DNA of 64,000 nt, taken from the NCBI RefSeq assembly GCF_036321535.1, contig NC_087437.1:62808001-62872000 (forward strand), read 5' to 3'. Positions 1 to 12,034 of the stretch are shown here, in pieces (positions within the stretch are counted from its first letter, which is position 1; each line of letters opens with the position of its first letter). The position numbers were made by a program, and so were the translations under genes. Under the pieces are notes generated by a model. The model was not told where the DNA came from and did not search any database. It worked only from the letters and a program-made list of their open reading frames with translations. The stretch is from Camelus dromedarius. Taxonomy: Eukaryota.

Positions 1-724
1 TCTCCTCTACCTGCTTCCTATCTCCCTGAGAAAGGCTTCATTAGGCTCCGAGACCTCCAAAGGATTGTTCCAGACACTCCCTCCCTTCTGTCTGCTGTGT
101 CTAACATGGACCCAGACCGGGGGCTTTTGGTTCTAGGACCAATCCCAGTATCACGAGGGTGCAAGGTTTCCTTTGTGAAGGTGATGTTCTGATTTTGCAC
201 TGCCCCAGAGGCACTCACCTTCCACACTCCCCTCTATAACAGTCCTCTTTTATTTTGGGGTTCAGCTGAAGTCACTGCTTACAATCAGCCCTGCCTGGCA
301 ACCACTAGGCACTTTGACAAGGTAACACTGAGCGGTCAGTGAAAAGGACAACAGGGTGGTATTTTATTCTTTTGAAAATGTCATTAAATCTTAAATACTG
401 AAGGACCTTTTTTTTTTAAATGGAGTTACATCAGTGGCTGATGAGAGCTCTCCTGGGCTGCGTACCCTTTCCCATGATTAAGTACACTCTCCAGTCTTTC
501 TGGTTGCCTCTCCTGCTTGCAAGAGAGAAATATGAGACCAAGGAGACAATTTAGGACAAAAACTCTGCTGTGCTCAGTCCCTGGCTTCTCAACCAGCAAG
601 TCAGGTGTGGGTGGGGCTGTGAGCTGACCTTCAGTTGAGAGGAGATTTCATAGAGTTGCCCTCTAAAGTTGTGTTTCCTTAGAGAGGTCTGGAATCTCTG
701 GGCCTCAGAGAAGCTCCATCAGGG

Positions 725-1170
725 TGGGCCGGGGCCCAGAGTCTCGGTCCAGACCCCGACAGTGGCCTTAACAGCGAAGGCTGAACGGAGACGAAATGCC
801 ACGTCCACGACCAGGATGGCACAGTCTTCTCCCGGCAGGGGGCGCTCAGCCTCCCGCGCCGGCCCCTGGGCAGAGGACGCTGGGGACCCCGCCTGGAGGC
901 CGGTGGACTGCATCTCTTCTGGTAAAGGACAGCAGCAGAGGTCCCTCCCCCGCTCGGCTTCCAGGAACAGCTCTGCCTCTGTGTGAGGGCCCTGCAATTC
1001 CACACAGCTGCCGCTAGCAGCTGCAAGGTGCGTTTTTTGTTTTTTGTTTTTAATCCGAGCACAGGAAGTTTGAGAAAAGAAAGGAATCCTCCACATCAGG
1101 GAAGCTGAAAATTAGAGTACAAAATTCATGACTCATTCCCTAGGCATAAAGCCACTGTGTCACACGTGCC
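725..1170. promoter_or_regulatory. CpG-rich patch with a CTCF-like motif; candidate intronic regulatory element
   Basis: About 20 CpGs in 725-1060 against a CpG-depleted background. CCGGCAGGGGGCGCT at 832-846, ATGACTCAT at 1128-1136, CACGTG at 1163-1168. Confidence 0.45.
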
Positions 1171-1719
1171 ATAAAAGCCACCCAACTTCCCAGGCCTAAT
1201 GTTGATCTCAGGCTCACTGGCAAAGCAAGGAGAACATAAAAGATTCCAAGACGTACGGAGTTCTACTGTTCCTGCACCAGACAGAGGACGTGAAGAATGA
1301 GATGCTTGCAGAGGAGTCAGAATTCTCGGCAACGTGCAGCGAGTCAAATGCCGGGCAACACAGGGCTTGTCGGGGCCTCTCCAGTGTTGTGTACGTGTAA
1401 GTACAGCCAGACCAGGGAGGAAGAGCATGGATGTCACCTTGGCCTTAAAACCTAAGCGAATCCCCTTTGTGCTTATTATTATAATTATATCTAATTATTA
1501 TTATAATTTTATTTATTATTTATTCACAACATCCTCCAGCACCTGCCTCCCCACCCTTACCTTCTGCCGCAGCAGCCTACAGTCCACAGGCCCTGACACC
1601 CGAGAGCCTCTGGTCAGAGTCCCATCTGCCTGGAACCCCCGCCCTCCAGGGCCGCCTGCCAAGTTCCCCCGCCCCTTCATGGTTGAGCTCAGTGTCCTCA
1701 GGTCCTGATTCATTATCTA

Positions 1720-1900
1720 ATTGATTCATTCAACAAAGACCGAGGGCTTACTATGTGCCAGGCACTCCTTTAGGTGCTGGGGAGCAGCCCTGAACAGAAG
1801 AAACACCTTTGCCCCCACGGAGTTCGCATTCTCATCAGAGAGGCAGGCAGGGAACAAGATCACTAGGCAAAATCAGTGGCGCATTAGAATGCTGGGTCCT
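1720..1900 (-). mobile_element. L2 3' end
   Basis: ATTCATTCAACAAA..CTATGTGCCAGGCAC..AGGTGCTGGGG. Confidence 0.75.
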
Positions 1901-2100
1901 TGCACGGAAAGGAAAGGGTTAGGAAGTCTGGTATGTGTGGGGTCGGGGAGTATCTACTGGTTTGCATTTCTTCTGCAAGGATTTCCACAACCCCACTAAT
2001 CAGAAGTGCTTCTTTCTCTTGTCAATGCACAACACAGGTACCTCGATGACAGAGTTTAACCTACACTTCCTTGTGCTTCCTCGTATGTCTACGGGGCTAT

Positions 2101-2121
2101 TTATGTATATATGTATGTGTG

Positions 2122-2201
<80 letters not shown>

Positions 2202-2232
2202 GTATATATGTATATGTATATATATATATATG
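2101..2232. repeat. Compound microsatellite (TA)n(CA)n(TC)n(TA)n
   Basis: Directly visible. Confidence 0.95.
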
Positions 2233-2639
2233 GATACAGGTCTCTGGGGACTTTGTATCCTCAAACTCCAGCCCTTAGACATGCTTTACACAGCCTCTGT
2301 TCACACAGTACTTCCTGAACTGAGAGAGAGCTCTGCCTGCAGCAGTCAGACTCTAGTGCACCCTGGTTTCTGTTTTCTCCCCTTCAGTGCTCTTTTTCCT
2401 GTTCATTCCTTTCCTTGTTTTCCTTTCCTGTTTGCAGCAGAGGTTTTCTTAATACTTTCCTGAGAAGATACCCTTGTAAACTAATTTCTCCTCCACTAAC
2501 TGCTTCTGAATGGGAATAACCTTTCATCAAGGAGCTGTATGTGTTGGGGGTGGAGGAGGGAGGGCGATGGCAGGGGGGTGGTGCAGCTGATCTCTTAGGG
2601 AAACTCATGTGCAGAGGAAAGAACATATTAAAGGAAACC

Positions 2640-3037
2640 TGTGGTGTTTTAAAAATGTGCCCACGAAGTCTTTGATACTCCACCCTTCAGTGGTTGGTGG
2701 AGTTTAATTTTCCTCCACCTGAGTGTTGCCTGGACTTAGTGCCTTGCTTCTAATGCGTAGAATGTGGTGGAAGAGGGGGAAGCCAGATACATGTCACGAG
2801 GACCCTAAGAGGAGGTCCACCTGGTGAGGAGCTGCGGCCTCCTGCCAACAGCCATGCGAGGGAGCTCCCTTGGAAGCACGTCTTCCAGCCCTGGTCAGAC
2901 CTTCAGAGCCCACAGTTCTGGCTGATCTCTTTACAGCAACTCAGAACCACCCATCTAAGTCACTCTTGGATTCCCGAGCTGCAGAAACTCTTAGATAATC
3001 AGTGTTTGTTGTTTTAAGCAGCTAAGCTTTAATACAG
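2640..3037 (+). mobile_element. MaLR LTR (MLT1E/F-like)
   Basis: TGTGG start, GGCCTCCTGCCAACAGCC, and 3' TGTTTGTTGTTTTAAGCAGCTAAG..AATACA. Confidence 0.75.
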
Positions 3038-3469
3038 CAGTAGAAATGGAGTGAGTTCTGTTCTGGTTCTAGCACTGACATTGAGCAAGTCAATGAACCT
3101 CTCCAAGCCTTCGCTCTTCAGCTGTGAGTAAAGGAGATTTGGGTCAGAAGACTTAGGAGCCGCAGCTCTCAAACCCTATGTTCTCTGAACAAAGCACTCC
3201 AGGAGTAACGTGGTTTGGGTCAGCTATATGTAAAAAGCCACCACCTTGATCCCTCTGGGCTATTTCTGAAGGTTCCGATAGCAAGGTGGGGGGCATCATC
3301 TGAACCCAGAGGTGCAAGCTGAGTTCTAGGAGGTGACATTCAGCTTAGAAAGGGATACACAAAAATCCCACAGACAGAAGGCTTTATGCTTAGGAGGGTC
3401 CTAGAGAGGCACCATCCTTTACCTGGGTGTGGTGCTTCGCAGCGGACAATCTGTTCTCACGCGTGCTTT

Positions 3470-3605
3470 CATTTAGTCCTCACACATCTCATTTTACAGG
3501 TAGGGGGTTGAGGCTCAGAGAGTTCTGGTAACTTGCTCAACATCATGCAGTTACTAAGTTCCAGAGTTGAGACTGCACCACAAACTCTTTGTTGCTGAAT
3601 TTACT
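3470..3605 (-). mobile_element. MIR SINE
   Basis: CATTTTACAG..TGAGGCTCAGAGAG..GTAACTTGCTCAA core. Confidence 0.7.
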
Positions 3606-5291
3606 TTCCATTATTCTCAGCTGCTTCCCTGATGATTTGACCACGGATTTATTATATCCAGCAGGTGAAGGCCACTGCCTGCCATGGCACAGTCCCTTCT
3701 ACAAGAAGCTGCCCTGCTTATAGCTGCTGATGGGGCAGGCCTCAGACAGCAGCACCGTCCATCACATAACTCCACTCTGCCCTCCCCCAGGCAACTGGAC
3801 CAGAGTGGGCATCTGCCCATGGAAAGCTACCCTAAAGGCTGACCAGTGACAAATGACACAGCCTGAGACAAAAAGATAAGTGGGGCCAACTAGATTCCAT
3901 CTTTCAAAAAATGTGAAGTAGGAAACTGCAGGAGAATGACACACTTACCTGAGGACAGTAAAGGTGTTAACGAGGGGGAGAAAGGTCAGAGGGGACACAA
4001 TGGGCCACAGGTAAGATGGTCATGTGTGAAAAGGACCTCAGAGTAAGCAGAGGTGATAAGGTGAAGAAAAGATGTGTATCTGTCTATCTATCTATCTATC
4101 TAAGAGAGATGGGGCAGAAAAAAGCAGACTTAGGGAGAAGAACTTAAACTGGGTCCACAACTGGGGTCCCTACAGCCATCTTGGATCTAGGACCATCCTA
4201 CAGACCCGGGCTCCACAAGGTCCAGATCTACTGTGGCCACAGGGATCCACTCCTGTGAAATTCCACCTTCCTCATCAGTTCCTAGTACTACTCACCACTT
4301 TCTTGAGCTCTCTTGAGAGAGCTCTTGACCCTGACACTAAATAAATTTAACTAGAGCTGGCATGGCGGATGTGAAATTAAAAAGAAAAGAAAAGAAAAGA
4401 AACTGTGATTGTAAAATTCAAAGAATCGTAAGAGTTTTCTAAACATACACGTACACAAAGACCTGCATAGATTCTGACAATTAAACAACAGAAACACTTG
4501 TGACACCAAAAACTGCTGCGTTTCGTGGCCCTGAGACACAGGGAAAGAACCCGACTCCCTCACAGCACAAGCTGTGACTAGGAATTAACCAACCGCTTTT
4601 CAGTTTTTAAGAAACTGCTCCTAACTGTGCAAAAAAGGTGAAAATTAGTTCACAGCAATGTGAAGACCAACTAAGACACCTGTGGGTCCTGAGCTCTGCT
4701 GTGGGGGTTTGACTGGCAAACAATAAGAGAAGAGCCTTGCGAACGTCTCAATGCCACAGGGGCCGGCCGTAAACCGCTGCTTCATAAAAGGCTGCACGTC
4801 GTTAAATGGTGCCCACTGAGCAGCTCTTGACCTACCAGAAAGTTGGCTTTCACAGCATCTGGACACAGTAGAAAGAGTTCTGGACTGAGAATGAAAGATC
4901 CTGGCTCTTCACTTAGCAGCCACGCGGCTTAGACAAGCAGCTTCAACTTTCCCAGCCACAGTTACTCCATCTATGCCACCACAAGTGTGGACTGAATAAA
5001 AGATCATCGAGGTCCATCCCTGCTCTCAAACTGTGTCAGCGTGATTCTCAACCACCCACGCACAGCGAGTGCAACCACAGTGTGTCTATAAACTCCAAAC
5101 AAAGAAGAAACCAGGACACCTGCTCTGGCCATAGGACAGAGTCTTTGAAATCAGAATTGCTCCATAAACTACTTTATAGATAGACCTGGGCCGATGGCTC
5201 CCCAGGTGGCCTGTATTGTCCTCCTAGTAGGGCTTGAATGGGTGGCTGAAAATAAAAGAGACTTCTTTGTTTTGCTTTGTTTTGTTTTTTT

Positions 5292-5396
5292 AAATATGGA
5301 ACGCTTCACAAATTTGCATGTCATTCTTGCGCAGAGGCCATGCTAATCTTCTCTGTATCGTTCTGATTTTAGTGTATGTGCTGCTGAAGCGAGCAC
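5292..5396 (-). pseudogene. U6 snRNA processed pseudogene (retrocopy)
   Basis: Reverse complement is GTGCTCGCTTCAGCAGCACATACAC...ACAGAGAAGATTAGCATGG...GCGTTCCATATTT, about 8 substitutions versus U6 as recalled. A-rich tail at 5265-5291. Direct repeats AAAAGAGACTT at 5254-5264 and 5397-5407. Confidence 0.95.
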
Positions 5397-6806
5397 AAAA
5401 GAGACTTTTCTGTATGGCTCATTTCTTATCTCATACTTAAAATAATTTAAGGTCAAATCTACAAAAATTTACACATCTTTGACCTCTTGCCCTTCCTCTC
5501 TTACCTCCTTTAAAAAGAACCTGGAACACCTAAGGCTTATCTAGCTTCTTTCTTTCAGGTTTTCTTACCAAACACCAGTGGTCACATCCCCTTTTTAATT
5601 CAGCACCTCATCAAACCCCTTGCGCAGAATATTTACATCCCCTCCAATTTTGCTTTGCACCAAGCCCTAAAGCATGCTGCCCACCACAGGGGTGCAGTGG
5701 TCCCCAGCCTCGATGAGATCGACCGTGAGCTCGTGGGAAAGTGGTTCATGTAACCGTTGTCAGGCTCATCATTTAACGGAACGATGTTCAGTGTTTTAAA
5801 GCTTCCAGTCTTGCACCTCTCAACTGGGAGAGGATTTGGAACCTAGACTGTAGGCAGTTTCCCTCAGAGGATCAACGCAATTTAGAAAGAAGATCTATCA
5901 GTCCCCAAAAGGCACAGACAGCCTCAATGCAGGAGGGCAGTTTGCACTGTATTTTAATATCCCCAAATCATGGTGGTAAGTAGATTTTTTCCTAAAACCC
6001 TCTAAAACCATTTTAGGATATTTCCTGAAATCCCCACCTGACATCTTCCACTAGCTCCTCTTCATCCGCAGGCCACCGATCACTCCCCCACGTGGCCTCT
6101 TTCTCCAGGAGTGACACGCCCGGTTCTCAGGACACCATGTGACAACATAGTAGAGATGGTAGGGGAGCCCTGGGCCAAGAGACAAGGGTCTGGGCAGCCA
6201 TCCTGATCTGCCCCTAGGTGGATGGTGATCTAGGGCAAGCCACTGGATCTTTCTGGGTCCATTTACTCATCTCTAAATGAGAGCACTGGGTACCTGAAAA
6301 ATATCCAAGCATCCCTGCGCTCTAACTTTGTGTTCCCGTTCGCAGCTGCCCTTCACTGAATCACGAGGTGGAGACGCTGAGGACTCAGAGCGCACGTGCA
6401 GCTGGTGAGTGGCTCCAGCCTCTCTGAGCTCTTGGCATTTTGGGGCCCCACCATTTGCTCTGCCTACCTCTCCAGATTTATCTTTGACATTTTGTCTTTA
6501 CAGAGCCCTTCTGAAAGAACCGAGGGAAAAGTCTGTCTCCCTCCCACTCCAGAGATAACATCTCTTCGTTCCCATTTAAATTTCTCTTGTTAAAAGTTCT
6601 TTTATGGAAAATTCTCTCCTCATTTTTCAGTGTCACCGTGCCCCAGAATAGCCAGCATTGCTTTAAGAATTTACTGCAAATGTCAGCCAGCTTCTCTGCA
6701 ACATGCACGCATATCTCATTCCTCTGACCACAAACGACAACCCTTACTGACTTTACTAAGAGTAACAAGTACGACTCCTGCCTCTGTCTCTCTCTTGCTC
6801 TCTGTG

Positions 6807-6842
6807 ACACACACACACACACACTCTCTCTCTCTCTCTCTC
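6807..6842. repeat. (CA)n(CT)n microsatellite
   Basis: Directly visible. Confidence 0.9.
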
Positions 6843-8254
6843 CAGCTACTCAGTGTCATCTTCCTTGGCTCCTACAGCAAGGGCACTCACAGTCACCCTG
6901 CTGTGCTAAAAGAAGGCAGTGTTGAGAGAAGGCACAACTTGAAATGTCAGTCCATGCAGTTTAAGAAAACCGCACCACAGTATACTTGTACTTGTCAGAA
7001 AACTACATGTTATTTAACCTAACATGTTTGCTTTTTTGCTCTGGCTGTCACAGTCTGAAGACAAATTCACTTCCATCACCTCGCTGGCGACTTTGAAACT
7101 GCTCACAACCCCTTGTTGATGCCTTTTTGATTCCTCATCATATTATCCTCCTTAAAACCCTTTATATTCTTTTTAAGCTAACAAACTTCTCATCAACAGT
7201 AGAGTCTTGCTCACTACATTCTGAGAAAGTAAAGTTTCTAAAATGTGAACATGCTCAACTTCCTCCTCTGATTCCTCTACTGCCTAGAGAACCAGGTCTA
7301 AATCCTTGAGCGTGTAATTTAAGATCTCTCAGATTCAACCCCTCAATCTTTCCAACTCATGTGCTACCAAGACGGACCCTGTGCTCCAAGTCACACCTAC
7401 ACTGCTGATTCCCAAACGCACCCAACATTTTCCCTTCTCCTTGACTTTTATTTACGATGTTTTCTTAGTCTGGAATAGGTTCTACCTTCCCCTCCCAAAC
7501 GGCACTCTTCTCATCTTCTGGAAGTCCTTTCTCACCTTCAAGCCCAGCTCCAAGGCAGCCTCATCCATGAAGCCTTCCGCACGCAGCTACCATCCATGCC
7601 AGCGCCACCAGCAATCCTGAATCTTCCTCCCCCACCTCCCCAGCAGAGCACTCTGTCTCCCTGTATCACAGTGCATCTTTTGCCTTGGGTCTTTGGATTC
7701 AAAGTGCCCCAACAGTGGAGCCTGTGTGGTTTTAAAAACTGTATTCTACAGAAAGGACTTTCAATTACTGTTGATTTAAATTTGCTGAAGTAGAAAGTGC
7801 TGTAATCTGCTTCATCACATTTTTGAAACTTCTACATCTCTGTTTCCTTCATATGAACTCTCTTGTGTTTAATTTTAAAATTTCACATCCTTTTCAGTGT
7901 TTTAATTAAACTCTCTCAAGTCTTTTTGGAAATAGGGAGAGTGTATATTTTAAATGCCTTCTGCTGGCTTATAATTTTGGACTTTTCACTGGGCCATCAC
8001 TGATTCTGAGGAAACAGCTCATAATTCTTTAAAAATTAATCTGCCTCAAAATATATTTTAAATATTAAGAGGGGGGAAAACACAACCATCCTTTATGAGA
8101 TATGGAAGGACTTAGGAGCCGTGAGTCTCGAGGATACTTCTGCTATACAGTAATATTCTGCACAAGATATGCACAAAATGTGGAGGAGGGAATCAACATG
8201 ATGTACAATGGACTGCCACTCATTTTTCTGATAATAAGAGAGAGTATGGCAAAG

Positions 8255-8680
8255 ACTTCTGTGTACGTCCCGAAGTCCATTCTGCCCTAGTTTCTTAGTA
8301 ATAAAGACTCATTTTTTGAGGGAGGGTTTACACTGCTGCCCAGTAAAAGACTACATTCCCTGCGTTCCCTTGCAGCTAAAGTAGCCTGTTGTCAAGCTTT
8401 GGAGAGTGAGACGTAAGCATGAGTGTCCTTAATGTGAGCAGGATGCCTCTTCTCCTCTTGTGCCCAAAATGCTCCATGGATGATGAGTGAGACCAAACCC
8501 TACAAATGGTGGATGAATAAGCTAGAAGGAGGCTGGGAACCTGATGAGTCTGTGGATCTTCTCCATCAGTCCTAGACTGCTTACATCCCATGTCCATCAC
8601 GTGAGAGTAAACTTCTACCTTATCTAACCCAGTCACTGGGAGCTTTTCTGTGTAGCTAAACCTTCTAATCCTAACTGATA
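8255..8680 (+). mobile_element. Old MaLR LTR (MLT1J-like)
   Basis: AAAAGACTACATTCCC..TCCCTTGCAGCTA and 3' end ..AATCCTAACTGATA. Confidence 0.6.
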
Positions 8681-8817
8681 TGGATGATAGAATCTCATAA
8701 AGGTAGAAAGGGGAAGTTTGGACATTTTTTTTTTGTTTTTTGTTTTGTCCCCATGTTTTTCTATTCTGATTAGGAGAGAAAAATTCAAAAGCAGCTTGGA
8801 TCAAAGAACCATATCTC

Positions 8818-8996
8818 AAACAAAACGCAAATTTCTTCTGTATAGCACAGGGGACTATAGTCAATATCTTGTAATAACCTGTAATGAAAAAGAATATGAA
8901 AACGAATAATGTGTGTATATGCATGACTACGACATTGTGCTGTACACCAGAAATCGACACATTGTAACTGACTATACTTCAATTTAAAGGGAAAAA
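8818..8996 (+). mobile_element. 5'-truncated relatively young L1 (artiodactyl-type 3' UTR)
   Basis: Contains CTGTATAGCACAGGGGACTATAGTCAATATCTTGTAATAACC...ACTGACTATACTTCAAT and an A tail. Exact 15-bp TSD AAAGAACCATATCTC at 8803-8817 and 8997-9011. Confidence 0.9.
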
Positions 8997-10789
8997 AAAG
9001 AACCATATCTCTTTGACAAAAGAAGACAGAGGGAGGGGAATGCCACAGGACTAATTAGGAAAGCTCAGCTGACAGTAATGCCTGTGACACGGATGCTCTG
9101 AACCTGAGTGACCAAAACAGACTGAAAACAGACTGAAGGGGCAAGTTTTCACACAGGTCATGCTACAGCGTTCTTGGAAAACTCGTGTTGTTGGTATAAG
9201 TAGAGCCCAGAAAGTCTCTGCCTCAAATATGAAAAACAAGCTGTAAATCAGTGTGAGAAGTAAATACAGGGCAACCTAGAGTGGCTGACAATGATGGGGT
9301 TTTGTGGAAATACCTGTATAGAATAACCATTCTTTTCAAATTGGCTTCATTTTATATATTTTAATGTTCACAAGTTTAATATTTATACGTTTATAGTGTT
9401 AAAAAACTTTATACGAAATACTACTTGCCTAGTTGACTTTATAATCATGTACTGATTTTTTTAAAAAAATTTACATTCCTAGGGAGATTCTTTTTGAGGC
9501 CTTTTCACTTGTTAAAAGACCCAAATAATCCCCTGGCAGGAGCTACAAAAACTGCAGGAAAACTGCCGGTGATGGGATAATTAGCTTCTATAGGACTAGA
9601 CTTGAATTTCTAAACCTATTAAATAGTAACATCTATCAGCTCAGTTTTAACCCCCAAAAGGCAGTCCAGTACTTCTACACCAGCCTTCGCTTGTCTTGAG
9701 TAAAATCACTTTTTTCCACGTTTCCCCAATCCCAAAACTTCTAGAAGATTTCTGTCCTCTGGAAGCTCACATAGTTAGCGTTAAATTCCTGCACTCAGGG
9801 TCACTTGCATGCACTTTTTCTCTCTCTGTTTTTACCAGCAAATTCTGGTTATTCTCTGTTGTTCCTTGATGCACTGTAGTCCTGCAGCCTGTAATCCCCA
9901 GCCCTTCTGTGTGAATGCAGCCCTGGAACCCGCCCCTCCTGTGGATGTCCCTGTCCTCAGAGACTCCCTGCATGGTAAGTGGAGGTCTCAACACCTCTCC
10001 CAGTCTGATTTCATCTTACTTGCCCCACGGTTCCATTCCGACAACTTCCAACCTTGGGAGTCTTTTCACCATTTATTTTTTGGGCTCTGCTGTTCCTGCA
10101 TCTGAACCTCAGCTCAGGCCAGGCTGGAGGCATGAAAAATACTTTCCTTTCCCTCATTTGCTCTGTCCAAGTCCATCCTCTCTAGACTGTCCACAGTAAT
10201 TGGAGGATACCTTCCCTGCTGCTGCCTGGCTGTGAGTGGCATTTTAGAGAAGACGTGGCCGGCAGGCATAAATTACAGAGTGCTAGGGTTTGAATGGACC
10301 TTAGAGATTATGTGTTTACATGTTCATTTATCATTTAATACTTTGCTGTTTCCCAAAAAGGATCTGAAGAGGCTTATGTAAAATGTATATACATTAAAAC
10401 ACTGAAAATACCAAGAGACTATCAAAAGCTATACAGAGAGGGGGAACTCATAACTCCCTTATTGATACATAAAGAAGTAGAGGCTCAGAGAGATGAAGTA
10501 ATTTGTTAAGATAATTGGGACTAGAAGCCCTTGCTTCACTGGTGACTATGGTTCCACATTGATGATTTTCCTTTCTGCTCCAAGTTCCATCAGCATCTTG
10601 AGCGACTTCTCTCCCTGTGGGCAGCCCCCCAGCACCCTGGCCTCGGTTCTCTGACCTCCTCATCTCCGCTGAGCTCCTCCTTCACCCCACATCAGCAGCC
10701 CCCTCCCAAGGTCAGGTAGTGGATCTCATGGTCACTGTGTTTGACTTCTCTGACTCCCACAGCACTAAAGTAGACATCTTCCTTTCTTT

Positions 10790-11407
10790 AGTGGTATTCT
10801 ATAAATTTTGTTAAGTTGTATTTTCAGTTTCATTCAGTTCAACTCATTTCCGTTTTGGTTTCCACTTTGACCTGTGGGTTATTTAGATGTGTGTTATTCA
10901 GTGCCCAAACACCTGGGAAATTTCCAGAGGTCTTTCCGCTATTTATTTCTAATTTAATTACACTGAGGTCTGAGAACATATTTTGTATGACTGGAATCCC
11001 TTTAAATGTACTGAGACTTATTTTATGACTCACAATATGGTCTCTTGGTAAATACTCTATGGGCACTTAAAAAGGATACGTATTCTGCTGTTACTGGGTG
11101 GAATGTCCTACAAATGTCAATTTGGTCAAGTTGGTTGATTGTTTTCCAAGTCTTCTACATCCTTACTGACTTTCTGTTTATCCTATCAATTATTGAAAGA
11201 GGGATATTAAAATTTCCAATTGTAATTGTTGATCTATTTCTTCTTGCAGTTTTATCAGTTTTTGCTTCATGTATTTTGAAGTTCTGCTCTTATACACAAA
11301 AAAGCCTAGGGTTGTTAGGTCTTCTTGATTATCATTATGAAATATCCATCTTTATCTTTGGTAATATTCTTTGTTCTGAAATCTACTTTGGCTGATATTA
11401 GTGTAGC

Positions 11408-11462
<55 letters not shown>

Positions 11463-11760
11463 TGGAATAGTGTTAGGATATAAATCTTTTTAAAAAATCT
11501 ATTTGTATATTCATATTTTAAGTGAATTTCTTAAAGGCAGCATACAGTTTGGTCTTTTTAAAAAATACAATCTGACAATCTCTGTCTTTTATTGGAATGT
11601 TTAAAGCATTTAAATTTACTGTGATTATGAATATGATGAGGTTTGAGTCTATTTTCTTGCTATTAGTTTTCTATTTTCCTCTTCTGTTCCTTGTTCCCCT
11701 CTCCCTCCTTTTCTGCCTTCTTTTGGATTACCTGAGATTGTTTTATGACTCCATTTTAAC
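10790..11760 (-). mobile_element. Old L1 (L1M-type) fragment, ORF2 endonuclease region, degenerate
   Basis: ORF 10839..11066 (KISLSTFKGIPVIQNMFSDLSVIKLEIN...WALNNTHLNN) resembles the L1 ORF2 EN C-terminus (SDH motif decayed). T-rich plus strand. Confidence 0.85.
11412..11461. repeat. (TC)n(TA)n microsatellite inside L1
   Basis: Directly visible. Confidence 0.95.
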
Positions 11761-11763
11761 TTA

Positions 11764-12030
11764 TGTTATAGACTGAATCCCAAATTCATGTTGAAGCTCC
11801 AGCCTCCAACGTGATTGTATTTAGAGACAAGACTTCTATGGAGGTAATTAGGGTTAAATGGGGTCATAAGGCTGAAGCCCATCATCCAGTAGAACTACTG
11901 TCCTTAATAGAACTAGAAGGGACGCCAGAGCCCTCGCCGTGCGAACTCAGAGGAAAGGCCATTTGAGGACACAGGGAGAAGCCACGAAGACAGTCTTTAT
12001 CGGAAACTGAATTTGCCAGAAACATGAATT
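11764..12030 (+). mobile_element. MaLR LTR (MLT1A/B/C-like), 3'-truncated, within L1 sequence
   Basis: Begins TGTTATAGACTGAAT..CCCAAATTCATGTTGAAG and continues GGAGGTAATTAGGGTTAAATG, typical of an MLT1 5' end. Confidence 0.75.
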
Positions 12031-12034
12031 CTCT

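Noticed and set aside
669..1096. Overlapping 73-127 aa ORFs in the GC-rich patch as a gene or the next KALRN (SH3) exon
   Set aside because: No recognisable domain and no match to the expected LSGGCEL... continuation. Open frames are expected in GC-rich DNA.
1935..2463. ORFs with HTHT/YIYI runs
   Set aside because: Translation of dinucleotide microsatellites.
5292..5396. Functional U6 snRNA gene
   Set aside because: The TSD, A tail and multiple substitutions indicate a retrocopy.
8376..8960. 194-aa minus-strand ORF, the longest in the track
   Set aside because: Runs across an antisense L1 tail and an MLT1 LTR, with no protein-like features.
10839..11066. Active or domesticated L1 endonuclease
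   Set aside because: Short fragment with the catalytic SDH changed to SDL and stops or frameshifts on both sides.
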